The notes below the pieces were generated by a model. The model was not told the origin of the DNA. It searched no databases and saw only the letters and a program-made list of their open reading frames with translations. A DNA stretch of 64,000 bases from Squalus acanthias (Eukaryota), in NCBI GenBank assembly GCA_030390025.1, contig JASTWF010000334.1:434001-498000 (forward strand), in the 5' to 3' direction. A program made the position numbers and the translations under genes. The stretch's first letter is position 1. Every line of letters starts with the position of its first letter. Below are positions 60,765 through 64,000 of this stretch, piece after piece.

Positions 60765-63700
60765 AAATTCATTCATGGGATGTGGGCATCGCTGGCAAGG
60801 CCAGCATTTATTGCCCATCACTAATTGCCCTTGACAAGGTGGTGGTGAGCCACCTTCTTGAACCGCTACAGTCCATGTGGTGAAGGTACTCCCACAGTGC
60901 TGTTAGGGAGGGAGTTCCAGGATTTTGACCCTGCGGCGAGGAAGGAACAGCAATATATTTCAAAGTCAGGAAGGTGTGTGCTTGGAGGGCAACTTGCAGG
61001 TGATGGTGTTCCCATGTGCTTGCTGCCCTTGTCCTTCTAGGTGGTAGAGGTCATGGATTTGGGAGGTGTTGCCAAAGAAGCCTTGGCGAGTTGCTGCAGT
61101 GTATCTTGTAGATGGTACACACTGCAGCCACATTGTGACGGTGGTGGAGGGAGTGAATGTTTAAGGTGCTGGATGGTTTGCCAATCAAGCGGGCTGTTTT
61201 GTCCTGGATGGTGTTGAGCTTCTTGAATGTTGTTGGAGCTGCACACATCCAGGCAAGTGGAGAGTATTCCATCACACTCCTGACTTGTGCCTTGTAGATG
61301 GCGGAAAGGCTTTGGGGAGTCAGAAGCTGAGTCACTTGCCGAGTCACTTGCTGCAGAATACCCAGCCTCTAACCTGCTCTTGTAGCTACAGTGTATATGT
61401 GGCTGTTCCAGTTAAGTTTCTGGTCAATGGTGACCCCCCAGGATGTTGATGGTGGGGGTTTCGGCGATGGTAATGTCATTGAATGTCAAGGGGAGGGAGT
61501 TTGACGCTCATTGCAGATAGTCATTGCCTGGCACTTGTGTGGCCCGAATGTTACTTGCCACTTATCAACCCAAGCCTCAATGTTGTCCAGGTCTTGCTGC
61601 TGCACCTGAGGAGCTGTGAATGGATCTGAACACTGCAATCATCAGTGAACATTCGCACCTCTTACCTTATGATGGAGGGAAGGTTGGATGCAGCAGCTGG
61701 AGATGGTTGCGCCTAAGACACTGCCCTGAGGAACTCCTCCAGCAATGTTCTGGGGCTGAGATGATTGGCCTCCAACAAGAACAACCATCTTCCTTTGTGC
61801 TAGGTAAGACTCTAGCCAGTGGAGAGTTTTCCCCCTGATTCCCATTGATTTAAATTTTACTATGGCTCCTTGATGCCACACTCAGTCAAATGCTGCCTTG
61901 ATGTCAAGGGCTGTCACTTTCACCTCACCTCTGGAATTCAACTCTTTTGTCCATGTTTGAACCAAGGCTGTAATGAGGTCTGGAGCCGAGTGGTCCTGGC
62001 GGAACCCAAACTGAACATCGGTGAGCAGGTTATTGGTGAGTAAGTGGCACTTGATAGCACTGTCGACGACACCTTCCATCACTTTGCCGTTGATTAGAAA
62101 CATAGAAAAATAGAAGCAGGAGTAGGCCATTCGGCCCTTCGAGCCTGCTCCGCCATTCAATATGATCATGGCTGATCCTCTATCTCAATACCATATTCCC
62201 GCTCTCTCCCCATACCCCTTGTTGCCTTTTGTGTCTAGAAATCTATCTATCTCCTTCTTAAATATATTCAGTGACTTGGCCTCCACAGCCTTCTGTGGTA
62301 GAGAATTCCACAGGTTCACCACCCTCTGAGTGAAGAAATTTCTCCTCATCTCAGTCCTAAATGTGCTACCCCATATGCTGAGACTGTGACCCCTCGTTCT
62401 AGACCCCCCAGCCAGGGGAAACATCCTCCCTGCATCCAGTCTGTCCAGCCCTGTCAGAATTTTATATGTTTCAATGAGATCCCCTCTCATTCTTCTGAAC
62501 TCTACGGAATACAGGCCTAGTTGACCCAATCTCTCCTCATAAGACAGTCCTGCCATCCCAGGAATCAATCTGGTGAACCTTCGCTGCACTCCCTCTATCG
62601 CAAGTATATCCTTTCTTAGGTAAGGAGACCAAACTGCACACAGTACTCCAGGTGTGGTCTCACCAAGGCCCTGTACAACTGTAGTAAGACATCCTTGCTC
62701 CTGTACTCAAATCCTCTTGCAATGATGGCCAACATACCATTTGCCTTCCTAACTGCTTGCTGCACCTGCATGTTTGCTTTCAGTGACTGGTGTACAAGGA
62801 CACCCAGGTCCCTTTGTACATCAACATATCCCAATCTATCACCATTTAAATAATACTCTACCTTTCTGTTTTTCCTACCAAAGTGGATAACTTCACATCT
62901 ATCCACATTATAATGCATCTGCCATGTATTTGCCCACTCACTCAACTTGTCTAAATCGCCTTGAAGCCTCTTTGCATCCTCCTCACAACTCACAATCCCA
63001 CCTAGTTTCGTGTCATCAACAAACTTGGAAATATTACATTTGGTTCCCTCATCCAAATCATTGATATATATTGTGAATAGCTGGGGCCCAAGCACTGATC
63101 CCTGTGGTACCCCACTAGTCACCGCCTGCCACCCTGAAAAAGACCCATTTATTCCTACTCTCTGTTTCCTGTCTGTTAACCAATTTTCAAGCCATGCCAG
63201 TCTATTACCCTAATCGCATGTGCTTTAATTTTGCACACTAACCTCTTATGTGGGATTTTATCAAAGGCCTTCTGAAAATCCAAATACACCACATCCACTG
63301 GTTCTCCCTTATCTATTCTACCAGTTACATCCTCAAAAAACTCCAGTAGGTTTGTCAAACGCGATTTCCCTTTCATAAATCCATGTTGACTTTGTCTAAT
63401 CCCGTTGATATTTTCTAAGTGTCTTGTTATCACATCCTTTTTAATAGACTCCAGCATTTTCCCTACTACTGATGTTAGGCTAACCGGTCTGTAGTTCCCT
63501 GTTTTCTCTCTCCCTCCTTTTTTAAATAGTGGGGTTACATTTGCCACCCTCCAATCTGCAAGAACTGTTCCATAACCTATAGAATTTTGGAAGGTGACAA
63601 CCAATGCATCCACTATTGAGAGTGGACTGATGGGGCGGTAATTGGCCGGATTGGATTTGTCCTGCTTTTTGTGGACAGGACATACCTGGGCAGTTGCCAG

Positions 63701-64000
63701 ATTGTCGGGCGGATGCCAGTGTTGTAGCTGTACTGGAACAGCTTGATTAGAGGCACAGCTAGTTCTGGAGCACAAGTCTTCAGCACAACAGCTGGGATGT
63801 TTTCGGGGCGCATATCTTTTTCTGTATCCAGTGCAATCAGCCTTTTCTTGATATCACGTGGAGTGAATCAAATTGGCTGAAGACTGGCTTCTGTGATGGT
63901 GGGGACCTCAGGAGGAGGCTAAGATGGATCATCCACTCGGCACTTCTTTGCTGAAGATGTTTGCAAATGCGTCATCTTGTCTTTTACACTTATGTGCTGG
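60765..64000 (-). mobile_element. LINE family B copy on -, interrupted by CR1
   Basis: Same RT motifs as 1397-2405; resumes after ~63615. Confidence 0.85.
62096..63614 (-). mobile_element. 5'-truncated CR1 LINE
   Basis: ORFs 62185-63600: GVPQGSVLGP, FVDDTKL, RPHLEYC, RRNFFTQRVV; (AGAAACAT) tail. Confidence 0.9.

Overview
Vertebrate genomic DNA, most likely from a cartilaginous fish (inferred from the CR1/L2-group LINE, DeuSINE and Penelope repeat content). The window is almost all mobile DNA. The centrepiece (3963-26348) is a three-level nest. (1) A Harbinger/PIF transposon carries a transposase on + and a spliced Myb/SANT partner gene on -. (2) A 12.9-kb endogenous retrovirus inserted between those two convergent genes: 1711-bp LTRs, TSD GGCA, tRNA-Arg PBS, gag-UGA-CUAG-pol with tether plus RNase H, and an env with an Ig-like domain and a long F-protein-like fusion subunit (lokiretrovirus-like by inference). 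(3) A younger 9.5-kb relative (11819-21339, 1750-bp LTRs, TSD TGTC) inserted into that provirus. It keeps intact gag and near-intact env, but PR-RT-RH-IN is replaced in frame by a short coiled-coil, so it looks like a helper-dependent satellite retrovirus. The rest holds Penelope insertions with minimal hammerhead ribozymes, Harbinger MITEs, a 7.9-kb 22/23-bp satellite, many LINE fragments (one with a tRNA-derived head and no ORF1), and the last three coding exons of a host C-type lectin gene on the - strand that the ORF track misses.
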